A stretch of 64,000 bases of DNA from Diadema antillarum. Taxonomy: Eukaryota. The stretch lies in the NCBI RefSeq assembly GCF_040938485.1, contig NW_027271433.1, forward strand, positions 1,488,001-1,552,000, in the 5' to 3' direction. The notes beneath the pieces are model-generated. The model did not search any database. It saw only the letters and a program-made list of their open reading frames with translations, and was not told the origin of the DNA. This document shows, one piece after another, positions 62,394-64,000 of the stretch (its first letter is position 1; every line of letters starts with the position of its first letter). The translations under genes were made by a program, and so were the position numbers.

Positions 62394-63713
62394 ATCATCA
62401 TTTTCATAGTCATCATGATCATCATGATCATCATCATCATCATAAAACATGATGACGATGGATAGATTATCATGGTGATCGTCATCATTACTAATCATCA
62501 CTATTATGACTTTCCCCTCTCACATGTTTTCTTCTTCTGTCTATGCCTGCTTTTCCTCCTCCTTCTTCTTCAAATTATGATGTTGATATAACTTCAACTT
62601 TCTCTCTCTTCCCCTTCTCGCTTGTCGTTGAATAACGTCTTGTGGTTCGATGACGCCCCTCTCCTCGTTAAGCTAAAGTGACTCTTATAGCCATTGTTAG
62701 GTGTGAGAGATTAACAGGTCGCCGTCATTTGTATTTTATAATTGTTATGGGTTTCATCAGGCTATTCCAAAAATCACCTTGAGAACAAAAAGATGTTATA
62801 ATTTACCAATTAAAATGCATATGAAAGTTGACAATTTGTTTTCGTTTCAGTGTCAAACTCTGACCGTGAATCTGGTTTTAGCTCACTTGACTTGCTGAGT
62901 CATCTTCTTTTTTGTTCTTCTTCTACGTAATGAAAATTCAGTTGTCCGAAATAATTCACTGCTGATTGTATAGATGAGGGTAACTGTTAAAGATACCATA
63001 AACAATGGCCTTCTAAAACGAAAACAACAATTGACTAGATACTAGCATGACCAAAACCAATATCGCCCCCTCCCCATGGTGTGTGTGTGTTGGGGGGGGG
63101 GGGGGGGGAGATGGAGAATCCTCGGATATTGCACATCAACGCCAGCGGTGAAAACTTTGTATTCAAATTATTATCTTGTTTTTATGCTGAACTTTGCGTG
63201 TTCATGAAGAAATTCGAAATGACGTGAGATTAAAAAAAAAAGAGAACAAAGAAAGCTCAAACTACAACGCCATCAACAACAATTGCAATAAAACCATAGT
63301 TAAACAAACTGCTGAGATGAATTCGAATATCTGCACGTGGTCTACAATATGAATTTACCAAGATCATTAATCATCCAAGATCCAAGGAGGAAAATGATGT
63401 AAAACCTTAAAAGGGTCTGGGATTATGATCACGGATGAACGCTCTCCCCTAAACAAACTTTGTAACTGATGCCTCTTGTTTCTTTTTGTTTCAGAACTAG
63501 GTGTCAATCAGAGATCATGATATTACTCTAATGTGCGATCCATTGCCTGCAGGCACGAACCGCAAACGAGGGACAGAAATTTTTCGACGGCGGACGTATA
63601 ATAATGACAACAGCGCGGCCGAATAGTTTTAGACCTTTCACAGCTAAAAGCCAAGTCTTCCAGAGCATTATAGTCATATAATTTTGAAACAGAGGGGTCT
63701 TAAACAATGTTAA

Positions 63714-64000
63714 AGGGATGATATCGTTTTGGTTGAGAGGAGGCGTCAGGTTGACAACCTTTTTGTGAGATAATTAGAAACCACTTATGCAATTCTAAGA
63801 GGAATTCAAAGTTTATTAGATAAAATGTATTGGCTTTAAAATGGCTGAGATATCTACAAACAATAAAAGATCATAATGAAAGGTGAGACCCACCTTTCAT
63901 TAGGCCACTTTGTTTTACTTTGTTTTTTGATGTGTCAGCCATCTTAAACCGATTTTCATCAAATAAGCTTTGAATGCCTTGGAGAATTGAATGCTCTTTA
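63714..64000. mobile_element. TTAA/Kolobok-like MITE running off the window end
   Basis: Starts TTAA|AGGGATGATA; related to 21521-21925. Confidence 0.55.

Overview
Eukaryotic, AT-rich, repeat-dense genomic DNA with three N-gaps near the right end. The repeat content and protein matches suggest a marine invertebrate, probably an echinoderm; this is inference. All gene models were built by eye from GT-AG sites and reading phase, and most entries in the supplied ORF track are noise. Main content: (1) three tandem, intact, five-exon + strand genes for METTL27/WBSCR27-like class I SAM methyltransferases (MT1 15714-20222, 217 aa; MT2 24274-28467, 218 aa; MT3 36816-42425, 217 aa), with patchwork similarity that points to gene conversion; (2) the last three exons of a lipoxygenase on the same strand (47682-49549, with the HAAANF iron-ligand motif and C-terminal Ile), for which I found no upstream exons anywhere in the preceding 47 kb; (3) a young, 5'-truncated CR1/L2-type LINE with an open 824-codon ORF, inserted just after MT2; (4) a candidate first coding exon of an unidentified - strand gene at 8772-8914; (5) many MITEs, LINE fragments, long hairpins, a tRNA-core element with inverted arms, and microsatellites. 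The most interesting hypothesis is that the methyltransferase array and the lipoxygenase are physically linked (possibly nested) and could form an animal oxylipin-methylation locus. This is untested.
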